A stretch of 64,000 nt of DNA from Clostridiales bacterium (lineage in GTDB: Bacteria > Bacillota > Clostridia > Oscillospirales > CAG-272): assembly GCA_012841635.1 (NCBI GenBank), contig DUUJ01000040.1:8942-72941 (forward strand), in the 5' to 3' direction. Positions 56,129 through 64,000 of the stretch are shown here, piece after piece (positions within the stretch are counted from its first letter, which is position 1; every line of letters begins with the position of its first letter). The translations under genes were made by a program, and so were the position numbers. The notes beneath the pieces were generated by a model that saw only the letters and a list, made by a program, of their open reading frames with translations, was not told where the DNA came from and ran no database searches.

Positions 56129-57643
56129 ATGCAGAAAAACAGTTTTATTAAGCGCTTCGCGCACTCGGTGAGGGAGGCATTCCGCGGGTTTTACTCCCGC
56201 AGGGCGCGGGCGATCGAAACGACAAAAAACGCGCTGCTTGCGCTGCTCCTCGTCTCGCTTGCCGTAATGTCCGTCCTGCTTATTTTGAGAACTCAGCGGA
56301 TGACGGTAAACAAGCCAGTCGATGTCGACGTCGACCGCCTGCTTACCCTGAAAGAAAGCGATCGGCAAACAATCGCTTCATACAGCTCCGAAAGAGTCTC
56401 CCCCGAGTTCTTCGCATATCGTGACGGCAGCACCCAAAAAGCGCTGTTCGGTCCGAAAAGCCTGATGAGCGGCGCTTTAACGGTTGTCTCCGACGCAATT
56501 ACCTGTCTTTTCGGCGCCTCCTCCGTCGTTTCCGAAGTTGAAGGTCAAGCCGGAGAGGAGCTTTGGCTTTCCTGTCTTGACGCGGAAAAATTCGTCTATC
56601 TGAAATTCCGCTCTCCGCTGCCGGCTCCGGTACTGCGGATGTTTATTGACGGGTCGCTTTACACCGACAACTCGAATGAAGCCCGGGGAGAGATTTACTA
56701 TCTGAGCGACATGTTCATCCTTCCTGCCGAAGAATCGCCGGACGGCAGACGGAGCGTCAGAGGTATCGCCCGAAGCGGCAGCGGCAGAATCATACGCTAC
56801 GACTGCCCGGACCCCGCGCTTGACTTTGAAATGCTTTCTACCTACGGCGCCAACGCCGAGTTTGTCGGCTTCAAGTTTGCGCACGAGGATAATCCGCTCG
56901 GGCTTGAGCTTGACCCCTGCTGTCCGATAATTACAACCGAAATGCCGGTCAAGTGCATTTCCGTTTCGACCTCGGCCACACCCGTCACCGCCGTCCATAC
57001 AAACGAGCTGCTCAGCCTTTTCGGATACAACCCCAATCGGTTCAACCGCTATAACGATCCGGAAACCCATTCGGATATCTATATCGAGACCTGGGGAACT
57101 CTCCGCTTCGGTACCGATAAAATTCAATTCAGCGCGACCGGAGAAGCGGGCGGGATACGCATCTCCGATTATCTGCCTTACGGTTACAGCGCGGCGGACT
57201 ATAATATCTACGAGCTGTTCAACTGCTCGGAAAACTTTCTTTCGATGCTTACCGCGCTTGACAGCCGGCTGACCGGCGGAGATGCCTCCCCCGTCCTCGA
57301 CGCGGTTTATGCCGAAGATGACAGCGTCGTCATCCGTTATCGGTTCTGCTTCGACAACATAAGCATCGACAGCGAAAGAGCCGTCGAGTTAACCTTTTCC
57401 GGCGACAGGATAACGAAAATACGCCTTGACTGCCTTATCGTCTCGAATCTGCTTACAAGACAGAAGACCTTTACGATGCCGGTGGCTTTTTTAGGAGTTG
57501 AAAGCGGCGATTCCGACGAGACGGTCAGCTCCGGCGCTTCCATCCGGCTTGTTTACGCAATCGGGGAGGAAGAGGGAGGGGCGGTGCCGGCGTCATGGGC
57601 GCTTTCCGCAAAAACGGATGAATTATCGGAGGCGGGAAATTGA
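56129..57643 (+). CDS. YycH-like accessory regulator (single N-terminal TM, large extracytoplasmic domain)
   Basis: Sits immediately after the kinase gene. TM helix LLALLLVSLAVMSVLLIL. Assigned by operon position and topology only. Confidence 0.4.
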   Translation: MQKNSFIKRFAHSVREAFRGFYSRRARAIETTKNALLALLLVSLAVMSVLLILRTQRMTVNKPVDVDVDRLLTLKESDRQTIASYSSERVSPEFFAYRDGSTQKALFGPKSLMSGALTVVSDAITCLFGASSVVSEVEGQAGEELWLSCLDAEKFVYLKFRSPLPAPVLRMFIDGSLYTDNSNEARGEIYYLSDMFILPAEESPDGRRSVRGIARSGSGRIIRYDCPDPALDFEMLSTYGANAEFVGFKFAHEDNPLGLELDPCCPIITTEMPVKCISVSTSATPVTAVHTNELLSLFGYNPNRFNRYNDPETHSDIYIETWGTLRFGTDKIQFSATGEAGGIRISDYLPYGYSAADYNIYELFNCSENFLSMLTALDSRLTGGDASPVLDAVYAEDDSVVIRYRFCFDNISIDSERAVELTFSGDRITKIRLDCLIVSNLLTRQKTFTMPVAFLGVESGDSDETVSSGASIRLVYAIGEEEGGAVPASWALSAKTDELSEAGN

Positions 57644-58623
57644 ACTGGAGAAAGATAAAAACAGTACTCATCCTGCTGCTTGCCGCCGTAAATATCTATC
57701 TGCTCGTCGTGCTCATCTCTCAGTATCAGGTAGGCAGTACCGTCGGCGTTCCGGAAATGAAGGCCGCATTAAAGCTGCTCGAAAAAGACGGTATCCGGGT
57801 CGGAGAGGATGTTTTATCCGGCAAAAAACCTTATTACCGCGTCTGGCAGTCGGACTACGACTCCGACAGGCGCGCTCAGCTGCTTGCGCGTATTTTCGGC
57901 GCGGAAGCGGCGGCGGAGGCCGGGATGCACCTAACCGGAGAAGGTCTCGAGCTGTCGCTTGCCGGCATAGGCGTTGTCCGCTTCACCGATTCCTCTCCCT
58001 TTTTGCTTAAATTCACCGCCGACGGCTGCACATATGCGGGCGAATACGACGAACTTCTGTCATCCGCGGAAAAACTCCCCGACGGGATAAAGCGCTGCGG
58101 ATGGCTGAGGCGAAAGGACCTCGGGAAAAAGCTGGAACAATTTCTGTCGGGTTCGGTGCCCGGCGCCGAAACCGGCGCGCCAATTCCCGCGAAAATCGCC
58201 GATATCGATGTCGATTCCGCAATATACTTAAGCTCGGAACGGCTTTATATCGCCCGTTTCACCCAGCTTGCCGAAGGCTGCGCTATCGAAGGCAGCGGCG
58301 GGATATTCGCAGTCAGAGCCGAACTTGTCTTATATACCGACGCTTCGATAATCTGGCTCAGCAACCCGGAATACTATACCGCGGCTTTGCTTGATGAGAT
58401 AAACATCCTTTTCCGGGAGCGCGATCATATTCTGGCGCAGTCGCCGGCCGATGACCGGGACAAAGCTTCGGAGATACTGGTGACCGGTATCGAGCCTGTA
58501 TACTGCGTGAACTGGAACGCGGATCTCAGCGATTTTTACCTGATCCCCTCCTGGAATATCAGCTATTCCGACGGCAGCAAAAGGACCCGCAACGCAGTCA
58601 ACGGAAGCCTTGTCGGAGGATGA
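57640..58623 (+). CDS. YycI-like accessory regulator
   Basis: GGAGG RBS then a TTG start overlapping the previous stop (TTGA). The MNWRKIKTVLILLLAAVNIYLLVVL N-terminus is typical of YycH/YycI-family proteins. Confidence 0.45.
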   Translation: MNWRKIKTVLILLLAAVNIYLLVVLISQYQVGSTVGVPEMKAALKLLEKDGIRVGEDVLSGKKPYYRVWQSDYDSDRRAQLLARIFGAEAAAEAGMHLTGEGLELSLAGIGVVRFTDSSPFLLKFTADGCTYAGEYDELLSSAEKLPDGIKRCGWLRRKDLGKKLEQFLSGSVPGAETGAPIPAKIADIDVDSAIYLSSERLYIARFTQLAEGCAIEGSGGIFAVRAELVLYTDASIIWLSNPEYYTAALLDEINILFRERDHILAQSPADDRDKASEILVTGIEPVYCVNWNADLSDFYLIPSWNISYSDGSKRTRNAVNGSLVGG

Positions 58624-58688
58624 ACCGAAAATTTCTGTGTTTTTCCGGTATAATAGCTCTCAAAACGTAAGATTTGTTTAATTTTCTC

Positions 58689-58717
58689 TTTACTTTTCAT
58701 TTATTGTATGATATAAT
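58689..58717 (+). promoter_or_regulatory. Possible sigma-A promoter (extended -10) of murA
   Basis: TTTACT (58689-58694), 17-nt spacer, TGaTATAAT (-10 hexamer at 58712-58717). Confidence 0.45.
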
Positions 58718-58839
58718 ATAGTTTGCCTGAAATATACAGACGCTTTGTCTGTCATTGATTTTTTATTTCAAAAAACCGTATGTTCCGCCGGGGCATAAAG
58801 CCGGAGACGAACATCATATAAATAAAGGACTGAATACTG

Positions 58840-60126
58840 ATGGAAAAGCTTATCATCAACGGCGGTACCCCGCTTCGCGGGAAAGTCCAGATAAGCGGAA
58901 TGAAAAATGCCGCTCTGCCGATCGTAGTCGCATCGCTTCTGACAAACGATGTCTGCGTGATCGAAAATCTGCCGTCAATAAGCGATGTAACCCTTACCCT
59001 CACGATACTTGAAAAAATGGGCTGCAGGATACGCATGCTTACCCGCGACCGCGTCGAGATAGACTCGCGGCCGGCCGTCTGCGGCTCCTCTCCCGTCGAG
59101 CTGGTATCTAAAATGCGCGGCTCGACCTATCTTTTAGGCGCGGAGCTGGGACGCTGGCACAGAACCAAAGTCGGATATCCAGGCGGCTGCGATTTCGGAG
59201 TAAGGGCCATCGACCAGCACATCAAAGCCTTCGAAGCGCTCGGAGCGGAAGTCTCTGTCGACAAAGGCTGCGTAACGGCAGCCGCGCCCCGGGGACTTCA
59301 CGGCAGCAGCATATATTTTGACCTCGTTACCGTCGGCGGGACCGTTAATGCGATGCTTGCCTCGGTAATGGCGAAGGGCACGACCGTCATCGAAAACGCC
59401 GCCCACGAACCGCATATCGTCGACACCGCGAACTTTCTGAACACCTGCGGAGCGCGGATCACCGGCGCCGGAACCGATACAATCAAGGTAAGAGGCGTCG
59501 AGAAACTTCACGGCTGCAGCTACGCTATAATCCCGGATATGATCGAAGCCGGCACATATATGTGCGCCGCCGCCGCGACATCCGGCGCGCTGGTTATCTC
59601 GAATGTCATCCCCAAGCACCTTGAGTCGATCTCGGCAAAGCTTGAGGAGATGGGCGTTCTTATCGAAGAATACGACGATTCGGTCTATGTAACGAGATCG
59701 GGTCCGCTTAACCGCGTCAATGTAAAGACCCTGCCCTATCCCGGTTTCCCGACCGATATGCAGCCTCAGATGGGCGCGCTTATGTGCCTTGCGGAAGGGA
59801 CGAGTTATCTCAACGAAACGGTAATCGAAAACCGCTTCAAGTATACAAACGAGCTGCAGAAGATGGGAGCTTCCGTCCGCGTCGTCGGTCATACCGCGAT
59901 TTTCGACGGCGGCGCCCCGCTGTCGGGAGCCAAAGTCAGAGCGGTTGACCTTCGCGCCGGCGCCGCAATGGTAATCGCCGCGCTTGCCGTCCGCGGGATC
60001 ACCGAGATATCGGAGATCGATCATATCGACCGCGGCTATGAGGATCTTGTCGGCAAGCTGCGCGCCGTCGGCGCGGATATCCGCCTGGTGGTCTACAACG
60101 ACACCCAGATGCTTGACGAGGCTTAA
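58840..60126 (+). CDS. murA: UDP-N-acetylglucosamine 1-carboxyvinyltransferase
   Basis: MEKLIINGGTPLRGKVQISGMKNAALPI N-terminus, active-site PGGCDFGVRAIDQH, and C-terminal IDRGYEDL. Confidence 0.95.
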   Translation: MEKLIINGGTPLRGKVQISGMKNAALPIVVASLLTNDVCVIENLPSISDVTLTLTILEKMGCRIRMLTRDRVEIDSRPAVCGSSPVELVSKMRGSTYLLGAELGRWHRTKVGYPGGCDFGVRAIDQHIKAFEALGAEVSVDKGCVTAAAPRGLHGSSIYFDLVTVGGTVNAMLASVMAKGTTVIENAAHEPHIVDTANFLNTCGARITGAGTDTIKVRGVEKLHGCSYAIIPDMIEAGTYMCAAAATSGALVISNVIPKHLESISAKLEEMGVLIEEYDDSVYVTRSGPLNRVNVKTLPYPGFPTDMQPQMGALMCLAEGTSYLNETVIENRFKYTNELQKMGASVRVVGHTAIFDGGAPLSGAKVRAVDLRAGAAMVIAALAVRGITEISEIDHIDRGYEDLVGKLRAVGADIRLVVYNDTQMLDEA

Positions 60127-60129
60127 AAG

Positions 60130-60774
60130 ATGATCGAAGGCATTATCTTCGACATGGACGGAGTGCTGGTCGACTCGGAACCGGCTATAACCCGCGCTTC
60201 GATGGCTTCCCTTTCCGAATGGGGAATAAAAGCCGAATACGACGACTTCAAGCAGTATACCGGCATGGGCGACGACCTTTTTATCGGCGGCGTCGCAAGG
60301 AAATACGGCCGGGAATACGACGTTCGCATGAAAGCGCGCGCCTATGAGATATATCTTGAAAAAGCGGACGAATGGGTAAAAGTCTACCCGTGGTCAAAGC
60401 CGCTTATCGACCTGTTTTCGGAGAAATACAAGCTCGCCGTCGCTTCCGCCTCGGACAAGGTAAAAGTGGAGTGCAACCTCCGCTGCATCGGCGCCGATCC
60501 GTCGGTTTTTGCAGCCCTTATTACCGGCTCGGATGTTAAAAACAAGAAACCGGCGCCGGACATATTTCTGCTGGCTGCGGAAAAGGCGGGCATTGATTGT
60601 TCATCGACCGTCGTTTTTGAAGACGCGGTTTCCGGCGTAATGGCGGCGAAGGCCGCCGGATGCGTCTGCATCGCCGTGACCACTTCTTTCCCCGCCGATA
60701 AGCTGTATCAAGCGGGAGCTGATTTTGTAATCGACGACCTCTCCCTCGCGCCCGAAATTATAGAAAAGTTATAA
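60130..60774 (+). CDS. HAD-superfamily hydrolase (beta-phosphoglucomutase/phosphatase-like)
   Basis: Motif I IFDMDGVLVDSE, motif II VASAS, and motif IV VVFEDAVSGVMAAKAAG. Confidence 0.8.
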   Translation: MIEGIIFDMDGVLVDSEPAITRASMASLSEWGIKAEYDDFKQYTGMGDDLFIGGVARKYGREYDVRMKARAYEIYLEKADEWVKVYPWSKPLIDLFSEKYKLAVASASDKVKVECNLRCIGADPSVFAALITGSDVKNKKPAPDIFLLAAEKAGIDCSSTVVFEDAVSGVMAAKAAGCVCIAVTTSFPADKLYQAGADFVIDDLSLAPEIIEKL

Positions 60775-60821
60775 AACACCGCCGGAGCAGATCCGGCTAT
60801 TTTCATATTCGGAGGAAAATC

Positions 60822-62009
60822 ATGAAAAAGATTACCCTGTTCAGGAACTTCGACGTCGTCCGGGGCGGCTCCGTCCATCGCGGCTGCACCGTCGCCGTAT
60901 CGGACGGAAAAATCCTCTCGGTCGGCGACGATTCGGAGATAAAAGACGCCGAAATAATCGACGGCGGCGGAGTAAATTATCTTTTGCCGGGATTTATCGA
61001 CCTTCATGTCCACGGCGGCGGCGGTTTTGACTTTATGGACGGCGACGCCGCCGAATACAAAGCCATATCAAAATTCCACGCCTCTCACGGCACGACGGCT
61101 CATTATCCGACCACCCTCTCCGCCTCGCGCGAAGAGCTGCTGGCGTCGGTACGCGCTTTCGACGAAGCCGCGGCGGCGGGCGGCGGGGCGAAGATGCTCG
61201 GTATTCACCTTGAAGGGCCGTATATCGCGAAATCGCAGAAGGGCGCGATGGACGAAAAATATATCCGCGACCCGATCAAAGAGGAATATGAGGAACTGCT
61301 CGCCGTCTCCGGCAATATCCGCCGCATGACGATAGCCCCCGAACTGCCGGGAGCGGTTGAACTCGGCGCTTTCCTCTCCGAAAAGGGGGTTCTGCCCTCG
61401 ATCGGGCATACCGACTGCGTCTGCGAAGACGTCATCGACGCATACACCCGCGGCAGCTACCGGCTGATGACCCACCTTTATTCCGCGATGAGCATGACTC
61501 GGCGGATCGGGGTCTGGAGACGGGCGGGCGCGGTCGAAGCGGCTTATCTCCTGGACGGAATGTATGTCGAGATTATCGCCGACGGCATCCATCTGCCGCC
61601 TGAGCTTCTTAAACTTATATACAAGATCAAGGGCAGCGGCAGGATAGCCCTTATTACCGACTCGATGCGCGGCGCCGGAATGGCGCAGGGAACGCAGTCG
61701 ATTTTGGGCAGCCGCAAAAACGGGCTTCCCTGCTGGATCGAAGACGGCGTTGCGAAGACATATGACCGCACCGCGTTTGCAGGATCGATTGCGACATCCG
61801 ACCGACTTGTCCGCAATATGGTATACCTCGCCGGTGTATCTTTGCCGGAGGCTTCGAGGATGGCGTCGGAAACTCCCGCCGAAATAATGGGAATAAAAAA
61901 TTCCCGCGGCTCAATCGACGCGGGAAAGTATGCGGATCTGGTCATAATGGACCGAGAGCTGCGGGTCAAACGGACGGTTGTTGAGGGAGAAACGGTTTTT
62001 GAGGGGTAA
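60822..62009 (+). CDS. nagA: N-acetylglucosamine-6-phosphate deacetylase
   Basis: GGAGG RBS. LLPGFIDLHVHGGGGFDFMDG, HLEGPYI, IGHTD and ITDSMRGAG motifs. Confidence 0.92.
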   Translation: MKKITLFRNFDVVRGGSVHRGCTVAVSDGKILSVGDDSEIKDAEIIDGGGVNYLLPGFIDLHVHGGGGFDFMDGDAAEYKAISKFHASHGTTAHYPTTLSASREELLASVRAFDEAAAAGGGAKMLGIHLEGPYIAKSQKGAMDEKYIRDPIKEEYEELLAVSGNIRRMTIAPELPGAVELGAFLSEKGVLPSIGHTDCVCEDVIDAYTRGSYRLMTHLYSAMSMTRRIGVWRRAGAVEAAYLLDGMYVEIIADGIHLPPELLKLIYKIKGSGRIALITDSMRGAGMAQGTQSILGSRKNGLPCWIEDGVAKTYDRTAFAGSIATSDRLVRNMVYLAGVSLPEASRMASETPAEIMGIKNSRGSIDAGKYADLVIMDRELRVKRTVVEGETVFEG

Positions 62010-62045
62010 TGCAGATGCGCTGAAGGATTCAGCGGCTTGATTTCG

Positions 62046-62081
62046 CCGGAGGAGGCTTTTGTCTCCTCCGGATTTATTGTT
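62046..62081 (+). terminator. Rho-independent terminator after nagA
   Basis: CCGGAGGAG (62046-62054) pairs with CTCCTCCGG (62063-62071), followed by ATTTATTGTT. A small CGCTGAA/TTCAGCG hairpin precedes it. Confidence 0.7.
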
Positions 62082-62326
62082 CCGACCGGGCGGGAGAGTA
62101 TCGGTCAAGCCTTATGATTATTGATATCATCCGCCGTTTGCTTCTATGTCTGCTTTTTATAAATGCAGCTCCGCGTCTATCTGATACGCGCTTACGCCGG
62201 AGGCTATCCGGGCTTTAACCTCTTCCGCTTCTCGGTAAATACGGTCGATGTCGTAATCAAACGACTTAAGCCATATTTCGTAAGACGGAGCAACCGTATC
62301 TGTCAGGTTTCGGTTTCCGTTCTTTT

Positions 62327-63157
62327 TTATTTCCGGTTCTGCCTCAGCGCCTCAAAGGCGAGCACCGAGGCGGCGGAGGCCGCCGAGAGCGCTTCGCCGA
62401 ATTCACGGCCGTAATCGAGGCGGACGATAAGGTCAAGCTCCGGGCGGAGACGCTTCTTTATCCCGCGCTTTTCCCCGCCGACGACGAGCAGCAGCGGGCG
62501 CGTCAAGCTTGCGTCCCAGACAGAAACCGAGTCCTCGATATCCGCGCCTACCGCCTTATATCCGGCTTTTTTCATCAGCCGCAGCGCTTCCCGGTCGTCC
62601 GGAACATCCCTTAAAATACCGTCTTCCCCTAAAATGCGGGCTTCCGGGCAAAGATACATCGGGATAAGCTCGCTTGCTCCGGCGGATGCGCGGCAGACAG
62701 TTCCCGCCGCCGTCATCCAGCTTCGCGGTGAAAGGATGAGCCCGTCCGCCCCCGCGGCGTATATCGAGCGGATCGCGTAGCCGTAGTTATACGGGTCTTC
62801 GATGCCGTCTATCATGAAGAACAAGCCGTCTTCCGGAAGAACATCCGCCGAAAGGGTGATAAATTCCCGGTCGGCGCAGAAGGCGAGCACCCCGCCGTGG
62901 CTGGCGCTGATGGCCGCCGCGTCGATTACCTCCCTCGGAACAAGCTCGATCCGGAAGCCGAATTCGTCGGCGCGCCGCCGCAGCCAGGCAAGCTCTTTCG
63001 GCGTTTTTTCTTCCTTTGCGCGGTCGTAATATATCCGCTCAATCCTGCGCGCCGGCAAGCCGCCGTTTCTTTCCCTTTCAAGCGATCGGATCACCGCGCG
63101 GACCGAAACCATTCCTTCGAAAAGAGAGGGATCGACCGACAGATTTTCTTTCCTCAA
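62327..63157 (-). CDS. SpoU/TrmH-family RNA 2'-O-methyltransferase (RlmB-like)
   Basis: N-terminal substrate-binding segment. C-terminal SPOUT motifs (IEDPYNYGYAIRS, LLVVGGEKRGI, SLSAASAASVLAFEA). TTG start overlaps the murQ stop (TTGA). Confidence 0.8.
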   Translation of the reverse strand: MRKENLSVDPSLFEGMVSVRAVIRSLERERNGGLPARRIERIYYDRAKEEKTPKELAWLRRRADEFGFRIELVPREVIDAAAISASHGGVLAFCADREFITLSADVLPEDGLFFMIDGIEDPYNYGYAIRSIYAAGADGLILSPRSWMTAAGTVCRASAGASELIPMYLCPEARILGEDGILRDVPDDREALRLMKKAGYKAVGADIEDSVSVWDASLTRPLLLVVGGEKRGIKKRLRPELDLIVRLDYGREFGEALSAASAASVLAFEALRQNRK

Positions 63158-63987
63158 ATTTCAACCTCGCCTTTCAGCCGTTCTATTGCAGCCATTACGC
63201 TTCCCTCGGCTTCGACTGCCGCAAAAGCGTCTTCGAAAGAGCAGCCGGAGAGTTCCGCCGCTATACCGGCGGCGCGCCGAAGCAGCTTTTCATTTGTCGG
63301 CTTTACGTTTATCATGATATTTTCGTAAACATATCCCAGCCTCGCCATCACTCCGGTGGAAATCGAGTTAAGTATCAGCTTTTGCGCGGTTCCGGCTTTC
63401 AGCCGAGTTGAACCGGTCAATGCCTCCGCACCGGTGTCGGCGAATATCGTAAGCGACGCGGCGGCTCCGAGCGGGGTGTCGGGATTGCAGACAACAGCCG
63501 CGGTAAAAGCTCCGCATCCGGCGGCGTATTCCACCGCCGCGACGACGTGTTTCGCTCCGCCTGCGGCGGAAATCCCGACGACAGAATCGTCGGCGGTTAT
63601 ATCGAGAGCGGCGATATCTCCCCGTCCCGCTTCGGCGTTGTCTTCCGCGCCCTCGGCGGCTTTGAAAAACGCCTTTTCCCCTCCCGCCATCAATGCGACT
63701 ACCCTGTCATAGCCTACGCCGAAGGTCGGCGGACATTCTGCGGCGTCGAGGGCGCCCAGCCGTCCGGATGTTCCTGCGCCGACATAGATAAGCCGCCCGC
63801 CGCGCGACATCCCCTCGGATATTCGCTCTATCGCTTCGGCGATCTCTCTTTCCGCCGCAGCAACCGCTTCAACGGCGCGGCGGCTTTCTTCGTTCAGCAT
63901 CCGAACAACCTCAATCGGCGCCGCTTTATCAAGATTCATGGTGCGCGGGTTGCGCGCTTCGGTTTTAAGGGGAGAATGTAAGGACAT
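63154..63987 (-). CDS. murQ: N-acetylmuramic acid 6-phosphate etherase
   Basis: GAGG RBS visible in the last 13 nt of the window. SIS-domain motifs TEARNPRT, GGRLIYVGAGTSGRLGALDAAECPPTFG, TGSTRLKAGTAQKLILN. Confidence 0.88.
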   Translation of the reverse strand: MSLHSPLKTEARNPRTMNLDKAAPIEVVRMLNEESRRAVEAVAAAEREIAEAIERISEGMSRGGRLIYVGAGTSGRLGALDAAECPPTFGVGYDRVVALMAGGEKAFFKAAEGAEDNAEAGRGDIAALDITADDSVVGISAAGGAKHVVAAVEYAAGCGAFTAAVVCNPDTPLGAAASLTIFADTGAEALTGSTRLKAGTAQKLILNSISTGVMARLGYVYENIMINVKPTNEKLLRRAAGIAAELSGCSFEDAFAAVEAEGSVMAAIERLKGEVEI

Positions 63988-64000
63988 GAAATTTACCTCG

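Noticed and set aside
62160-62335. A protein-like open frame on the minus strand downstream of the SpoU methyltransferase gene (…SYEIWLKSFDYDIDRIYREAEEVKARIASGVSAYQIDAELHL, stop at about 62160).
   Set aside because: The frame is bounded upstream by a TGA just inside the end of the methyltransferase gene. It contains no ATG, GTG or TTG, and I see no convincing slippery site for a -1 shift from the methyltransferase frame. It may be a relic of an old coding region, but I cannot support it as a gene.
1-64000. A search for CRISPR arrays, IS elements, transposases, integrases, phage genes, tRNA/rRNA genes, toxin-antitoxin pairs and known defence-system signatures.
   Set aside because: I saw no regularly spaced short direct repeats, no terminal inverted repeats flanking a transposase-like ORF, no DDE, tyrosine or serine recombinase motifs, and no cloverleaf-sized conserved RNA in the intergenic gaps. 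The only large repeat is the tandem gene duplication at 6.2-9.2 kb.

Overview
This 64-kb chromosomal window comes from a moderately GC-rich, Firmicutes/Clostridia-like genome. Supporting signs are SLH-anchored surface proteins, yybS-gdpP, rplI-dnaB-tilS-hpt-ftsH, a walRK-like operon with yycH/yycI-like genes, gatCAB, and AGGAGG-type ribosome-binding sites. I support about 45 protein-coding genes, about 15 rho-independent terminators and about 11 near-consensus sigma-A promoters. I recognised no rRNA, tRNA, CRISPR array, transposase, integrase or phage gene. Most of the window is housekeeping: hprK, gatCAB, a family-4 uracil-DNA glycosylase (UDG), proS, ftsH, hpt, tilS, dnaB, rplI, mgtE, gdpP, an ABC exporter pair, ackA, ilvE, a pseudouridine synthase, murA, nagA and murQ. 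The accessory-looking part is a cell-envelope block at about 3.9-13.2 kb. It holds an SLH plus WG-repeat protein, two tandem glycoside-hydrolase-like (GH-like) paralogues, a low-GC gene for a large zinc-ribbon membrane protein of unknown function, and a BspA-type LRR lipoprotein. A membrane-anchored bacterial serpin lies at 47.6 kb. I did not find a convincing multi-gene novel system such as a defence island, toxin-antitoxin pair or secretion apparatus. The most unusual observation is that the gatCAB operon encodes an in-frame GatA lacking two of the three amidase-signature catalytic residues, while GatC and GatB look intact. Lesser oddities are an asymmetric ABC heterodimer with an insertion next to Walker B, a NodB deacetylase with non-canonical metal-binding motifs, a long structured mgtE leader (candidate M-box, unverified), and a disrupted yybS-gdpP / rplI-dnaB synteny. 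All family assignments come from motif recognition by eye; no database search was run.
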